Assembly (NCBI GenBank): GCA_963666835.2
Contig: CAXXGO010000003.1
Coordinates: 32,001 to 96,000 of the forward strand
DNA length: 64,000 nt
Source: Phycisphaerae bacterium
GTDB taxonomy: Bacteria; Planctomycetota; Phycisphaerae; UBA1845
Reading direction: 5' to 3'
In this document: positions 1 through 9,491 of the stretch, piece after piece
Numbering within the stretch: position 1 is the first letter of the stretch
Layout of the letters: each line of letters begins with the position of its first letter
Translations under genes and position numbers: made by a program
Notes under the pieces: model-generated
What the model saw: only the letters and a program-made list of their open reading frames with translations
Told to the model about the DNA's origin: nothing
Databases searched by the model: none

Positions 1-927
1 TTGCTTCTTGCCGGCGACCATCGCCCGGACCTGTTCCGCTATGGCGATAGCGTCCTGATCGGCCGTCTTCGATACGATTACACTGACCGCGGGTGAAGCC
101 TGGAATCGACCGATGATGTCGACGTCCTCAAACCCGTCAATGACTGTGGCCACGTCCCGCAAACGCACCGTTCGTCCGGTGGGATCGCTCCGGATCGAGA
201 TATCATAAAGGTCTTCTCCGCGATCCTCCTCGCCGAGCGTTCGAACCGCGACGTTGGCCCGCGCGGTCCGGATCTGACCGCCGGGAAGGTCCAGATTGCT
301 GACCGCAATCGCTTCGGCTACCTGCATGAAGGAAAGACCATATTCGGCCAGCTTCTCCGGACGGACCTCAACACTGATCTCGTCCTTACGCGTACCGCTC
401 AGGAAGACATCGGTAACGTCCGGAAGAGCCAAGACGTCGTCACGCAGTCGTTCGCCCAGTTCCTTCAGCGTGCGGTCATCCAGGTCGCCGTACAAGGACA
501 CCGTGGTGACCGGCAACGTCGGATCCAACTTCGCCACCCGCGTCTCCAGCGCGTCTTCAGGGAAGTCCTCTCGGGGGATTGCGTCGATGGCGGCCTTGAT
601 ATCGGTGACGGCCTGGTCAATCGCGTCGAAACCGCTCCGCATCTCCGCCACGATCGTACTAATGCCCTCGCTGATGATCGACGTCGTTTCCTCGACTCCG
701 TCAACATCCTTGATCTGCTCTTCGATCTTCAGGGTGATACCCTTCTCGACCTCGGCCGGAGCTGCACCGGGATATACGGTTGTGATGAGCACGCGGTTAG
801 GCCGCGACTCCGGGAAGAACTCCCGCACCAGCGTCAAACCGGAAAAGACACCGCCGCCGATGATCGTCAACATGAACAGGTTGACGAGCACGGGGTTGTT
901 TACGCTGAAACGCGGCAACGACGTCAT
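1..927 (-). CDS. RND efflux transporter permease subunit (AcrB/AcrD/AcrF family), N-terminal part; truncated by window edge
   Basis: Minus-strand ATG at 927 overlaps the adaptor stop (ATGA). It reads MTSLPRFSVNNPVLVNLFMLTIIGGGVFSGLTLVREFFPE...YPGAAPAEVEKGITLKIEE, a typical AcrB-family N-terminus. Confidence 0.9.
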   Translation of the reverse strand, partial: MTSLPRFSVNNPVLVNLFMLTIIGGGVFSGLTLVREFFPESRPNRVLITTVYPGAAPAEVEKGITLKIEEQIKDVDGVEETTSIISEGISTIVAEMRSGFDAIDQAVTDIKAAIDAIPREDFPEDALETRVAKLDPTLPVTTVSLYGDLDDRTLKELGERLRDDVLALPDVTDVFLSGTRKDEISVEVRPEKLAEYGLSFMQVAEAIAVSNLDLPGGQIRTARANVAVRTLGEEDRGEDLYDISIRSDPTGRTVRLRDVATVIDGFEDVDIIGRFQASPAVSVIVSKTADQDAIAIAEQVRAMVAGKKQ

Positions 928-2219
928 GGCGTTTCATCCGTGTCGGCGCCGTTTTCGTCATGCTCCGCTGGGCGATCCGTTCTGATGCGTATGCGGGAGC
1001 CCGCGGCCAGGCGATCCAGATGGGAAAGGATCAAGCGGTCGCCGTCGTGGAGGTTTCCACTTACCAGGGCGCGGTCTCCGATGAACCGCTCCACGACAAC
1101 CGGGCGAACGGCCGCGACTTCCCCCTCCACCAGCAATACCCGCCCGGAACGAATCGAGTCGCGCGGGACTGTGATGCGGTTTCGGTGAATGGGCCCCTGG
1201 ACTTCCGCGCGGACGAACGCCCCAGGTACCAGCGGGACGGTCTGCGCTGCGTTGTCTACCTCTACGAAGGCCGCGAACGTCCGAGCTTGCTCATCGACCG
1301 AGGCAGCGGTTCGGGCTACCACACCTTGCCATTGAATGCCCTGCATGCTCTCGCAGGCGAGACGGACCGGTGCCCCAAGCTTCACGCGATCGTGAACTGC
1401 GGCCGGCAATTGGACGGCGATCTCGACTTGCCGAGCATCGAGCAGGGTCACCAGGACCACGCCCGGGGCTACATGATCCCCGACGTCGACTCGCAGCTCG
1501 TCTATCTTCCCCCCGATTGGTGCAACGATCTCGCACCGCCGGACGTTCAATTCCGCCAATCTCGCCTCCGCCTCTCGGCTACGCTGAGACGCCGCATACC
1601 GCGCCTGTCGAGGCACGTTCTTGGCGATTTCCATCTCGTAGCCCTGCAGGACCCGGCGGGCCTGCTGGTACGCGAGATTGGCGAAGTCACATTCCTTCTT
1701 CGCGGCCATGCCGTTTTCGAATAGACGGGAAAGCCGGTCGCGCTCGTCGTCGGCAACGCGGACCTCCTTGTCTGCCGTAGCGATGAGAACCTGGAGAGTC
1801 TGAGCTTCGGCCGCAAGCTCTTCGCATGCCGCCTGATCCGCCAACGCGAGGGCCTTCGCTCTATCGAGGGCATGGCGGTACTCGCGGTCGTCAAGGCGAA
1901 TCAACGGCTGTCCGGCTTCAACAACCGAGCCGGCTTCGATCCCGCCGACGAGCTCTATGACCTTTGCGGATACCTCCGCCGCTACGTTGGCGGTACGGTC
2001 CGGCCGCGCCGTGCCGTAACCGGCAAACCGTTCGGTGACGTCCCGGGCTCGCAGTACCTTGCTTTCGACCAACGGTGCCGGTGTCGGCGATTCGCGCCGG
2101 GGTGGTTCCGTGCGCAACTCGTACAGGCCGTACGCAATCGCCCCACCAACCGACAGGGCGGCAGCGATCAACAAGAGCGAGCGTAAGAGTCGGGGGCTTC
2201 CCGGAGGCGTATCCGTCAT
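924..2219 (-). CDS. RND efflux periplasmic adaptor (membrane fusion protein)
   Basis: N-terminal TM anchor, lipoyl half-motifs (GSVVEAGQPLIRLD; IVAPIGGKI..VDVGDHVAPG), coiled-coil hairpin, and position directly upstream of the RND permease. Confidence 0.9.
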   Translation of the reverse strand: MTDTPPGSPRLLRSLLLIAAALSVGGAIAYGLYELRTEPPRRESPTPAPLVESKVLRARDVTERFAGYGTARPDRTANVAAEVSAKVIELVGGIEAGSVVEAGQPLIRLDDREYRHALDRAKALALADQAACEELAAEAQTLQVLIATADKEVRVADDERDRLSRLFENGMAAKKECDFANLAYQQARRVLQGYEMEIAKNVPRQARYAASQRSREAEARLAELNVRRCEIVAPIGGKIDELRVDVGDHVAPGVVLVTLLDARQVEIAVQLPAAVHDRVKLGAPVRLACESMQGIQWQGVVARTAASVDEQARTFAAFVEVDNAAQTVPLVPGAFVRAEVQGPIHRNRITVPRDSIRSGRVLLVEGEVAAVRPVVVERFIGDRALVSGNLHDGDRLILSHLDRLAAGSRIRIRTDRPAEHDENGADTDETP

Positions 2220-2471
2220 TTCTCAGAACAACCCCGACGCGGCTACTCCAACTGCAAAATGCCCGCAATCTCGAAAAAGCGACATCCGGTTTCCGTCGGG
2301 CGGTACAGCCCTGTTACGCTTTGTTCGTACGTGGCCTGCCGCGCGCCGACCACCGCTTGTATCCACCGGTCCTTCCGGGCGAATCACGCATTCTACATGT
2401 TGTCGCCGATCATGCCCAACGATGATGCGGAAAGGGCAGCGGCTGGAATGTCGGGCGAAATCGACCGCCCT

Positions 2472-2502
2472 AAAAAAGCGGCCCGGTGGGGTGGACCGGG
2501 CC
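2472..2502 (-). terminator. Rho-independent terminator
   Basis: Minus strand GGCCCGGT-CCACCCC-ACCGGGCC-GC-TTTTTT: 8-bp stem followed by a U6 tract. Confidence 0.75.
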
Positions 2503-2545
2503 TTGGGGAACCGTCCAATGGGGGATTGGACGGCGAGTGAATCTA
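2472..2545 (-). ncRNA. Candidate sRNA or structured 3' UTR with two C-rich-loop hairpins
   Basis: CCGTCCAAT-CCCCC-ATTGGACGG (9-bp perfect stem), linker TTCCCCAA, then the terminator hairpin with loop CCACCCC. The 5' end is not determinable. Confidence 0.4.
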
Positions 2546-2546
2546 G

Positions 2547-2786
2547 TTAAACGGAACAACTTGGCTCTGTGCCGAGATCCGCACGGCCAATACCATTCCA
2601 TGCCAAGATTCTAACGGAAAGCAATCCGCCGATAAAGGCCCTTCGCGTACTTTTCTTCACGAAACTGCCTATTCCCCACGCCACTTCAGACAGAATGTCT
2701 CTGATGGTGTAAAAAAGCCAGTCACAAAGGCCGCCTGTGCCGATGGTGCGATTAGCCTCCACCAATGGGCGGTGTCCGCTGCTCAT
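2547..2786 (-). CDS. Possible small hypothetical protein (79 aa from ATG 2786)
   Basis: Open frame ending just upstream of the double hairpin and terminator; no recognisable domain. Confidence 0.25.
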   Translation of the reverse strand: MSSGHRPLVEANRTIGTGGLCDWLFYTIRDILSEVAWGIGSFVKKSTRRAFIGGLLSVRILAWNGIGRADLGTEPSCSV

Positions 2787-3025
2787 AACAGCACCGCGTG
2801 ATCGCCTCGTCCGGTGACGTGTCAGGGGCAATGACCTGCTTGTTCAGTGTTCGCTCCTTGCTTGGTCTAGCGGGCTCGGTAGTCCGGCACCGGGCGGGCG
2901 ATAGTGCGAACGTGTTGTTCACGCGCGACGTTGCGATACCCGGTGCGCGTTGGTTGCTCCCAAGGTGATGAACAGTTGTTATATCCGCCTTGCACCTTAG
3001 CCCGCCTACGTCGAGCGTCGCCGAT

Positions 3026-3053
3026 TTGACACGCGATTCGCGTTTCCTATACT
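3026..3053 (+). promoter_or_regulatory. Sigma70-type promoter for lptD
   Basis: TTGACA-N16-TATACT about 90 bp upstream of ATG 3142. Confidence 0.65.
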
Positions 3054-3141
3054 GCTGCGCCGGTTGTGACGGGTCGTTATAGAGGCGCGGAACCTTCGGG
3101 CTTCGTCACAACGAGTACTCATCCCATGGGCCCTTTTCAAT

Positions 3142-6093
3142 ATGGCTCTAATGAGAAGGATCAGTTGGGGCGTCTGGGTATGCGTTCTCTGCGCGACAGC
3201 GTACGGGCAGCGCCCTGTTCCACTCGCGGACGATGTTGGCGAGCCGCTCCTCCCTTACGGTATCTCGGAGCAGGAGGTAGCTCTAAGTGGGCAGTTAGCC
3301 TATTTCTTCGAGGACGAAGATGGGACGGACGTCGTTCATGTGATTGGCGATGCCCACTTGACGCTCGGAGAGCCGCAAGGTCAGCAACTCCGTGGTCGCG
3401 AGGCGGTCGTCTGGATCGCGCAGCGCGAGTTCGAGGATCGTACGTACCATCACCTGGAAGTCCTGTTGTGGCAGGACGCGGAAGTATCCGAAGTCGGCCA
3501 CACGATTACGAGCGGCCCCGCTCTGTTCGTAACGCTCAACAGTTACAGCGGCATTACGACGAACGTAGACGACGTAGCGCTGCGATCCTCTGCGGATACC
3601 CAAGTTTACCAGCGCGGTCGGGACGTTCGTTCGGCGTATGCGGCGGGCACGTTGCACGTCCCGGACGAGAACGTGTCCCTGCGCGTGTATCAGGCGACCG
3701 GTCTGGGCGCCGAACGTAAGCAGGTCAAGCAGCGCCCCCCGATTCTCATGCAGTTTCCCGGGGAGTTCACGACGTTGGAAGTCGACGGCCGGTCGGTAAT
3801 AACGGTTGCCGGCGGGGCGTATCTGTCCCGTGGGGATTCCGGCTCCGGTGATTTCCTCGAGATTCGGGCCGATGCGGTTGTTGTCTTCCTTCCCAGGTCG
3901 ATCTCCGGCGGGGAGGTCGACGAGGCGCAGGATGCGGGACTCGGCGCGGGAGAGAGAGGGTCCGACGAATGGGCACGATCGACGCGCCGGCGGACCGATC
4001 GCAAAGAGGCGGACCGGCAGTTGCTCTCGACCGGTCTGGGCGATGATGTCGAGGTGGAGGCCGTGTACGTCGAGGGTGACGTGATCATGTCGCAGGGGGC
4101 GAACATGATCAGGGCCTCGAGAATCTACTATGATTTCGTTCGGGAGAAGGCTCTGATTCTCGACGCTGTAGTTCGGGCGACGCTTCTGGAGCGGAATGTT
4201 CCGATTTACGTGCGGGCCGAGGAGGTCCGGCAGCTTTCGGCAAACAGGTTTGTAGCTAGCCAGGCCTGGCTTACCACCAGCGAGTTCTACACGCCGCACT
4301 ATCACGTGGGAGCTGCTCGAGTGGAACTTACTGATCGAACTCCTCCTACGACGGCCGGGCGGCGCACCGGCATTCGCGCCGGCAGCTTTCGAATTCGCCA
4401 TGCCACTCTGAACGTCTCAGGGCATCCGATTGGGTATTGGCCTTACATCCACGGACGGGTGGACACCAGCGAAACCGCGGTTCGGAGTGTGCGTTCGGGC
4501 TATAGCGATGACTTCGGTGTAGAGATCGAGACGGAGTGGGATTTCCTGAATGTACTCGGGCTCGAGACCCCGGACGGATTCAGTTCGACACTCAGTCTGG
4601 ACTTCTTCTCGGAGCGCGGACCGGCCATCGGCATTGACGCGGATTACGAGCAGGACCGGTACTACGGCTACGTGCGGAGTTATCTGCTCAACGATAATGG
4701 CTCCGATTTCCTCGGGCGTGATCGAGAGAACTTGTCGCGGAAGGACGTTCGGGGGCGTTTCCTATGGCGGCATCGCCAGTATCTGCAGGATGATTGGCAG
4801 ATTTCGTTGGAGTTGTCGGATATTTCGGACCGGGGTTTCCTCGAGGAGTTCTTCGAATCGGAGTTCGACACCGGCAAAGAGCAGGAGACTCTGCTCTATC
4901 TCAAGAAACAGCGGGATAACTGGGCATTCACGACGCAGCTTCAGACGCGGCTGATGGATTTCACCACCACCACCGAGCGGGTGCCGGAGTTTGGTTACGT
5001 TCGGGTCGGAGAGCCGCTTGGTAACGGAGCGACTTGGCATTCCGACAATCGGTTGGGCGTGGTTCGGTATCGCCCGGCAGATCAGATGTTCCGCGAGCTT
5101 CTGCGGGACGGGCGGCACGTAGGTTCGGGTTCAGTTGCCCGCTTGGATAGCCGTCAGGAGATCGGTTGCCCGGTTGATCTGGGGCCGGTGCGGCTGGTGC
5201 CCTTCGTATCCGCTCGTGGCACGGCCTGGGACGACTCGCCTTCGGAGGGGGGATTGGCCCGCGCTCTGGGGGCGGTAGGGGTGCGAAGCAGCATGTACCT
5301 TTCCCGGGATTACCCGGAGGCTCGATCGTCGCTCTTCGATATTGACGGAGTGCGGCACATCGTCAAGCCGGAGTTGGTGGCGTGGGCAAGCGCCGCTAAC
5401 CGCGATGCGGATGACCTGTTTCTGTTCGATGATCGTATCGAGGGTGTGGATGCCACGGATGGGGTGACGTTGGGCGTCCGGCAGCGGTGGCAGACCAAAC
5501 GGGGGCAGGGCGCGACCCGGCGAGTCGTCGACTTCCTCACGCTGGATCTCGAAGTGGGTGTGTTCAACGACTCCGATGGCGAAGCTCTTACGAACGGATA
5601 CACGTCATTCAGCCGTCCCGAAGAGAGCGTCGCCCGCAACTTCGTCAATGGGGCGATGGTCTGGCGCGTGAATGACCGAACGGCACTGCTCAGCGAGGTC
5701 AACTTCGATATGAATGATGGGGCGGTTGACGTGTTCAACCTGTCTCTTGCCGTCGAGCGCTCGCCGCGGTTCAGCTATTTGCTGGGGTATCGCTATATCG
5801 GTGACACCGACTCGAATCTCCTCGGGTTTGACATGAACTACCGCCTGACGGAGAAACACACCCTCGCCTTGCGGGAGGCTTTCGACCTGGAACGCGGGCA
5901 GACCCTTGATTTCACTATCGCCTTCATCCGGAAGTTCCCGCGTTGGTTCAGTGCCGTCAGCTTTGAGCTGGACGAAGCTGAGGACGATTACGGGGTCTCG
6001 TTCAGTCTATGGCCCGAGGGGTTGCCGCGGGCGACGCTCGGCTCGCGCCGCTTCACCGGGCTGGCCAACACGACAAGAATAGAGAACGATTAG
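3142..6093 (+). CDS. lptD: LPS-assembly outer-membrane protein LptD (long form)
   Basis: Signal peptide; OstA-like segments (VYVEGDVIMSQG..IRASRIYYD; TTSEFYTPHYHVGA); SDRGFLEEFFESEF motif; C-terminal beta-barrel pattern (RHIVKPE, LGVRQRWQTKRG). Confidence 0.75.
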   Translation: MALMRRISWGVWVCVLCATAYGQRPVPLADDVGEPLLPYGISEQEVALSGQLAYFFEDEDGTDVVHVIGDAHLTLGEPQGQQLRGREAVVWIAQREFEDRTYHHLEVLLWQDAEVSEVGHTITSGPALFVTLNSYSGITTNVDDVALRSSADTQVYQRGRDVRSAYAAGTLHVPDENVSLRVYQATGLGAERKQVKQRPPILMQFPGEFTTLEVDGRSVITVAGGAYLSRGDSGSGDFLEIRADAVVVFLPRSISGGEVDEAQDAGLGAGERGSDEWARSTRRRTDRKEADRQLLSTGLGDDVEVEAVYVEGDVIMSQGANMIRASRIYYDFVREKALILDAVVRATLLERNVPIYVRAEEVRQLSANRFVASQAWLTTSEFYTPHYHVGAARVELTDRTPPTTAGRRTGIRAGSFRIRHATLNVSGHPIGYWPYIHGRVDTSETAVRSVRSGYSDDFGVEIETEWDFLNVLGLETPDGFSSTLSLDFFSERGPAIGIDADYEQDRYYGYVRSYLLNDNGSDFLGRDRENLSRKDVRGRFLWRHRQYLQDDWQISLELSDISDRGFLEEFFESEFDTGKEQETLLYLKKQRDNWAFTTQLQTRLMDFTTTTERVPEFGYVRVGEPLGNGATWHSDNRLGVVRYRPADQMFRELLRDGRHVGSGSVARLDSRQEIGCPVDLGPVRLVPFVSARGTAWDDSPSEGGLARALGAVGVRSSMYLSRDYPEARSSLFDIDGVRHIVKPELVAWASAANRDADDLFLFDDRIEGVDATDGVTLGVRQRWQTKRGQGATRRVVDFLTLDLEVGVFNDSDGEALTNGYTSFSRPEESVARNFVNGAMVWRVNDRTALLSEVNFDMNDGAVDVFNLSLAVERSPRFSYLLGYRYIGDTDSNLLGFDMNYRLTEKHTLALREAFDLERGQTLDFTIAFIRKFPRWFSAVSFELDEAEDDYGVSFSLWPEGLPRATLGSRRFTGLANTTRIEND

Positions 6094-6371
6094 CCCGGGT
6101 TACTTATGACATTCGCACAAATGCGCATAACCTGCGGTAGCGTCATCCCTTGTGGGTGACGCCATTGAAACACGGCGCGCCTCCACGCCCGGGACAAGGC
6201 CTGGCGCTACACTGGCTTACGGCCTTCTCTTCGCCTGGGTGAATAGTCCGGGCTAAGCGGCTTGGATCCGTTGTTGCAGGGCGAAGCGGTGGCCGGGCCG
6301 GTGGCAGCCCTTGCGCGTCCCTCGTCAATAACCGGTCGGTTTCTGCTTCGGGAAAGACCTGCCGAGAGCCG

Positions 6372-7052
6372 TTACTTCTTCTTGCCGGTCTTCTTGGCGG
6401 CTTTCTTCTTGACGGTCTTCTTCTTGGCTGTCTTCTTCTTAGCGGTCTTCTTCTTAGCGGTTTTGTTCTCGGCTGCCTCAGTCGACTTGGCTGCGGCCTT
6501 CTTCTTGGGTGCTTCAGCCTGCTTGGCCGCGGTTCCCTTCTTGGTTGCCTCCGCCGGTGTGGCTTTGGTCTTCTTTGCGGTTGTCTTGCTTGTAGTCTTG
6601 GCCGTCTTCGTGTTGTCTTCCGCGGTTTGCTTCGGTTTGGCAGTCGCAGTCTCGCTGGTCTTGAGCTTCGGAGCTGCGAGCTTGCGCTTCTTCGCAGGTT
6701 TGGGTTGGACTACCTTGAAATCGGCTTCGACCACGCGGAGATTCGAGTAGTATCCGTCCTTGCGCAGACGGGCGAGCTGGGCTTCACTATCGGCCGGCTC
6801 AATCGACTTGAAAAGTGTGAGCACGGTGTCGCCGGACGTGCCAATCACCTTCCACGCGAAAGGCACGACCTCTTTGGTGCCGAGCGGCCTCTTCGCTGGG
6901 ATTGCCGGGGCTACGGGCAACGCATCGCCATCCGCGGCGTCTGCTTCTGCGTCCGTTGTCAAATCAGGTTTCGCCAAACTTGCATCTTCAGGTTCGCCGG
7001 TCTTGATGGTATCTGAGTTCATCGTTTCTTTGGCTTCTGCCACGTTTCGCAT
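6372..7052 (-). CDS. Hypothetical protein with histone H1-like Lys/Ala/Thr-rich C-terminal tail
   Basis: Small globular segment followed by about 110 aa K/A/T-rich tail ending KTAKKKTAKKKTAKKKTVKKKAAKKTGKKK. Start may be 7052 or 7022. Confidence 0.7.
   Translation of the reverse strand: MRNVAEAKETMNSDTIKTGEPEDASLAKPDLTTDAEADAADGDALPVAPAIPAKRPLGTKEVVPFAWKVIGTSGDTVLTLFKSIEPADSEAQLARLRKDGYYSNLRVVEADFKVVQPKPAKKRKLAAPKLKTSETATAKPKQTAEDNTKTAKTTSKTTAKKTKATPAEATKKGTAAKQAEAPKKKAAAKSTEAAENKTAKKKTAKKKTAKKKTVKKKAAKKTGKKK
6403..6462. repeat. 15-bp tandem repeat x4 encoding T(A/V)KKK units
   Basis: ttcttcttgacggtc / ttcttcttggctgtc / ttcttcttagcggtc / ttcttcttagcggtt. Confidence 0.8.
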
Positions 7053-7189
7053 TCTTGCCTGAGGGACTTCCGGCAGGGCTCGCTACCGTCCACAACTGTC
7101 GCCAGAGCCCATGCTGAGATGCACGGGCTCCGTCTTTCCTAACGTACACCTTATCCGCGTTCGCGACAAAAGGCCAGCCCCTGGACGGG

Positions 7190-7217
7190 TAGACCTGACG
7201 CGGACCGATAGTATAAT
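7190..7217 (+). promoter_or_regulatory. Sigma70-type promoter for the tRNA
   Basis: TAGACC-N16-TATAAT about 50 bp upstream of the tRNA. Confidence 0.55.
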
Positions 7218-7269
7218 CGCTTTCGCGGTGACGGCGAGCCTGGGCGGTTGGCCTCTCCGATGCGTAGTG

Positions 7270-7343
7270 GCGCCCGTAGCTCAATTGGATAGAGTGGCTG
7301 GCTTCGAACCAGTAGGTTGGAGGTTCGAGTCCTCCCGGGCGCA
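7270..7343 (+). tRNA. tRNA-Arg (anticodon TCG), CCA not encoded
   Basis: Cloverleaf: GCGCCCG/CGGGCGC acceptor stem, D-arm GCTC-AATTGGATA-GAGT, anticodon arm GCTGG-CTTCGAA-CCAGT, T-arm GGAGG-TTCGAGT-CCTCC. Confidence 0.95.
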
Positions 7344-7475
7344 GTGTTCACAACCTTCCACAGCTCCGTGCCCATCGTGGGCAAGCGTGTTTCAGTGGCC
7401 GCGCGTCACTCCGGGAAGGCGAGTTTGCCCAGGCCGCCGCGCCGAATTGCGAAACAGCCGTAGAGCCGCCGTCGG

Positions 7476-9275
7476 TCAATCCTCGGGGTCCAAGACCGAC
7501 ATGAACGCCTTCTGCGGGATCGCGACGTTGCCGACCATTTTCATCCGTTTCTTGCCTTCCTTCTGTTTCTCCAGCAGCTTCCGCTTCCGAGTGATGTCTC
7601 CGCCATAGCACTTGGCGGTAACGTCCTTTCGAAACGCTCTGATGGTCTCGCGCGCGATGACCTTGGCTCCTACGGCAGCTTGGAGTGGCACCTCGAACAT
7701 CTGTCGGCCGATCTCGCGTTTCAGACGCGTAATCAGCCGGCGGCCGCGCCTTTGGGCCTTGTCGCGGTGGACGATGACCGACAGCGCGTCGACCGGGATT
7801 CCGTTCACCAGAATGTCCATTCTGACCAGGTCGCCCGCCTCGTAGCCCACCAGCTCGTAGTCCGCGGTTCCGTAGCCCCGAGTGCAGGTCTTCAGTTTGT
7901 CGTAGAAGTCGTAGATGATCTCGCAAAGGGGCAGACGGTAGCACAGTAACACGCGCGTTGGCGAGAGATAATCGGTCTTACGGTGCTTGCCCAGCCTATC
8001 CATGCTGAGCTGCATGACCGCGCCGATTGTATCCGCGGGAATGATCATGTGGGCATCGACCAGGGGCTCGCGGATTTCCGCGACCTCGCTCATGTCCGGC
8101 AAGTCGCTGGGCGACTCGATACGTACGGCTCGACCGTCCTTAAACAACACCTCATACGTGACGGTCGGGGCCGTCTGGACCACCGCGACGTCGTTTTCAC
8201 GCTCCAACCGTTCCTGGATGATGCGCATGTGCAGCAGGCCGAGGAAACCACACCGGAACCCGATCCCCAGAGCATCGGAGGAGGCCGTCGCATAGGTGAA
8301 CGAGCTGTCCGTGAGCCAGAGTCTCTCCATGGCCTCGCGGAGTTGCTCCGTGGATGTTCCGACGGCAGGATAGAAGTCGCAATAGACCATCTGCTGGGGA
8401 GCCTGATAGCCGGGGAACCGCCGATCGGTGGGCTTATCCGTGTGGGTCACGGTGTCCCCAATGCTGACATCCGCCAGGGTCTTTATCCCGGCCACGAAGT
8501 AGCCGACCTCTCCTGACGATAACGATTCGACCGGCGTGGGTTTCGGGGTGTACTTGCCCACCTCGGTAACCAGGTATTTGCGGCCGACTGCCAACAACTC
8601 GATTTGGTCTCCACGCTTGAAGCTGCCGTCGACGACTCGGGTGTGCGAGATTACCCCGCGATGGACGTCCGGTTTAGCGTCGTAGATCAACGCTCGCAGG
8701 CGGCCTGTAGGGTCGCCCTTCGGTGGGGGGATCCTCTTGACGATCGCCTGCAGCAGTTCGTCGATTCCGGCTCCGGTCTTGGCGCTGGTGAAGATAGCCT
8801 CAGACGCATCGAGGCCGAGGACCTGCTCCGTCTCCAGGGCGATGTCCTCCGGGCTGGCGGCCGGGAGGTCGATCTTGTTGATTACCAGGATGATCTCCAA
8901 GTCGGCCTCGATTGCGAGGTAGGCGTTGGCCACGGTTTGCGCCTGTACACCCTGCGTAGCATCGACGAGAATAAGCACACCTTCGCAGGCTGCCAGGGCC
9001 CTCGACACCTCGTAATGGAAGTCCACGTGTCCCGGCGTGTCGATGAGGTTCAGCATGTAAGTTTGACCGTCGAGCGTGTACGACACTGTCGCTCGGTTGG
9101 CCTTTATGGTGATGCCCATCTCTCGTTCGAGATCCATGTCGTCGAGAAACTGCTCGCGCATCTCCCGTTTTGTGAGGGCTCCGGTGTGCTCGAGGATCCG
9201 ATCGGCCAGGGTGCTCTTACCGTGGTCGATATGGGCAACGATGCTGAAATTGCGGATCGTGCGAAGGTCTGCCAT
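7476..9275 (-). CDS. lepA: Translation elongation factor 4 (LepA)
   Basis: IRNFSIVAHIDHGKSTLADR, LNLIDTPGHVDF, GFRCGFLGLLH, KCYGGDITRKRKLLEKQKEGKKRMK. Confidence 0.98.
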   Translation of the reverse strand: MADLRTIRNFSIVAHIDHGKSTLADRILEHTGALTKREMREQFLDDMDLEREMGITIKANRATVSYTLDGQTYMLNLIDTPGHVDFHYEVSRALAACEGVLILVDATQGVQAQTVANAYLAIEADLEIILVINKIDLPAASPEDIALETEQVLGLDASEAIFTSAKTGAGIDELLQAIVKRIPPPKGDPTGRLRALIYDAKPDVHRGVISHTRVVDGSFKRGDQIELLAVGRKYLVTEVGKYTPKPTPVESLSSGEVGYFVAGIKTLADVSIGDTVTHTDKPTDRRFPGYQAPQQMVYCDFYPAVGTSTEQLREAMERLWLTDSSFTYATASSDALGIGFRCGFLGLLHMRIIQERLERENDVAVVQTAPTVTYEVLFKDGRAVRIESPSDLPDMSEVAEIREPLVDAHMIIPADTIGAVMQLSMDRLGKHRKTDYLSPTRVLLCYRLPLCEIIYDFYDKLKTCTRGYGTADYELVGYEAGDLVRMDILVNGIPVDALSVIVHRDKAQRRGRRLITRLKREIGRQMFEVPLQAAVGAKVIARETIRAFRKDVTAKCYGGDITRKRKLLEKQKEGKKRMKMVGNVAIPQKAFMSVLDPED

Positions 9276-9491
9276 GTCCGGCCTTGTCTGCGTCCTGTCG
9301 GGTGTCTAAAGCGCTGCGCCGACGGTTTGCCCGATCAGACGGCGGTGCGCCCTCACGCGGGGGCGTGGCTGCCGTCTCTGTCCGTACTCCACGTATCGTC
9401 GGAGCCCGGTAGTATAGCTGAGCGCGGCGGCGGAGGGAATGCGGTTGCCGGGAACGCCTTCTGCGGTTTCAATACCAAAGGAGATCCTGTG

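Noticed and set aside
6262..6750. Hydrophobic 162-aa ORF (FFLAVFFLAV)
   Set aside because: Antisense translation of the Lys-rich repeat.
7344..7475. tRNA-anchored integrative element
   Set aside because: No integrase, and no duplicated tRNA 3' end seen in the window.
8604..9491. N-terminal 296 aa of the 714-aa ORF
   Set aside because: Antisense shadow of lepA; the AI-2E protein starts at 9492 after a clear RBS.
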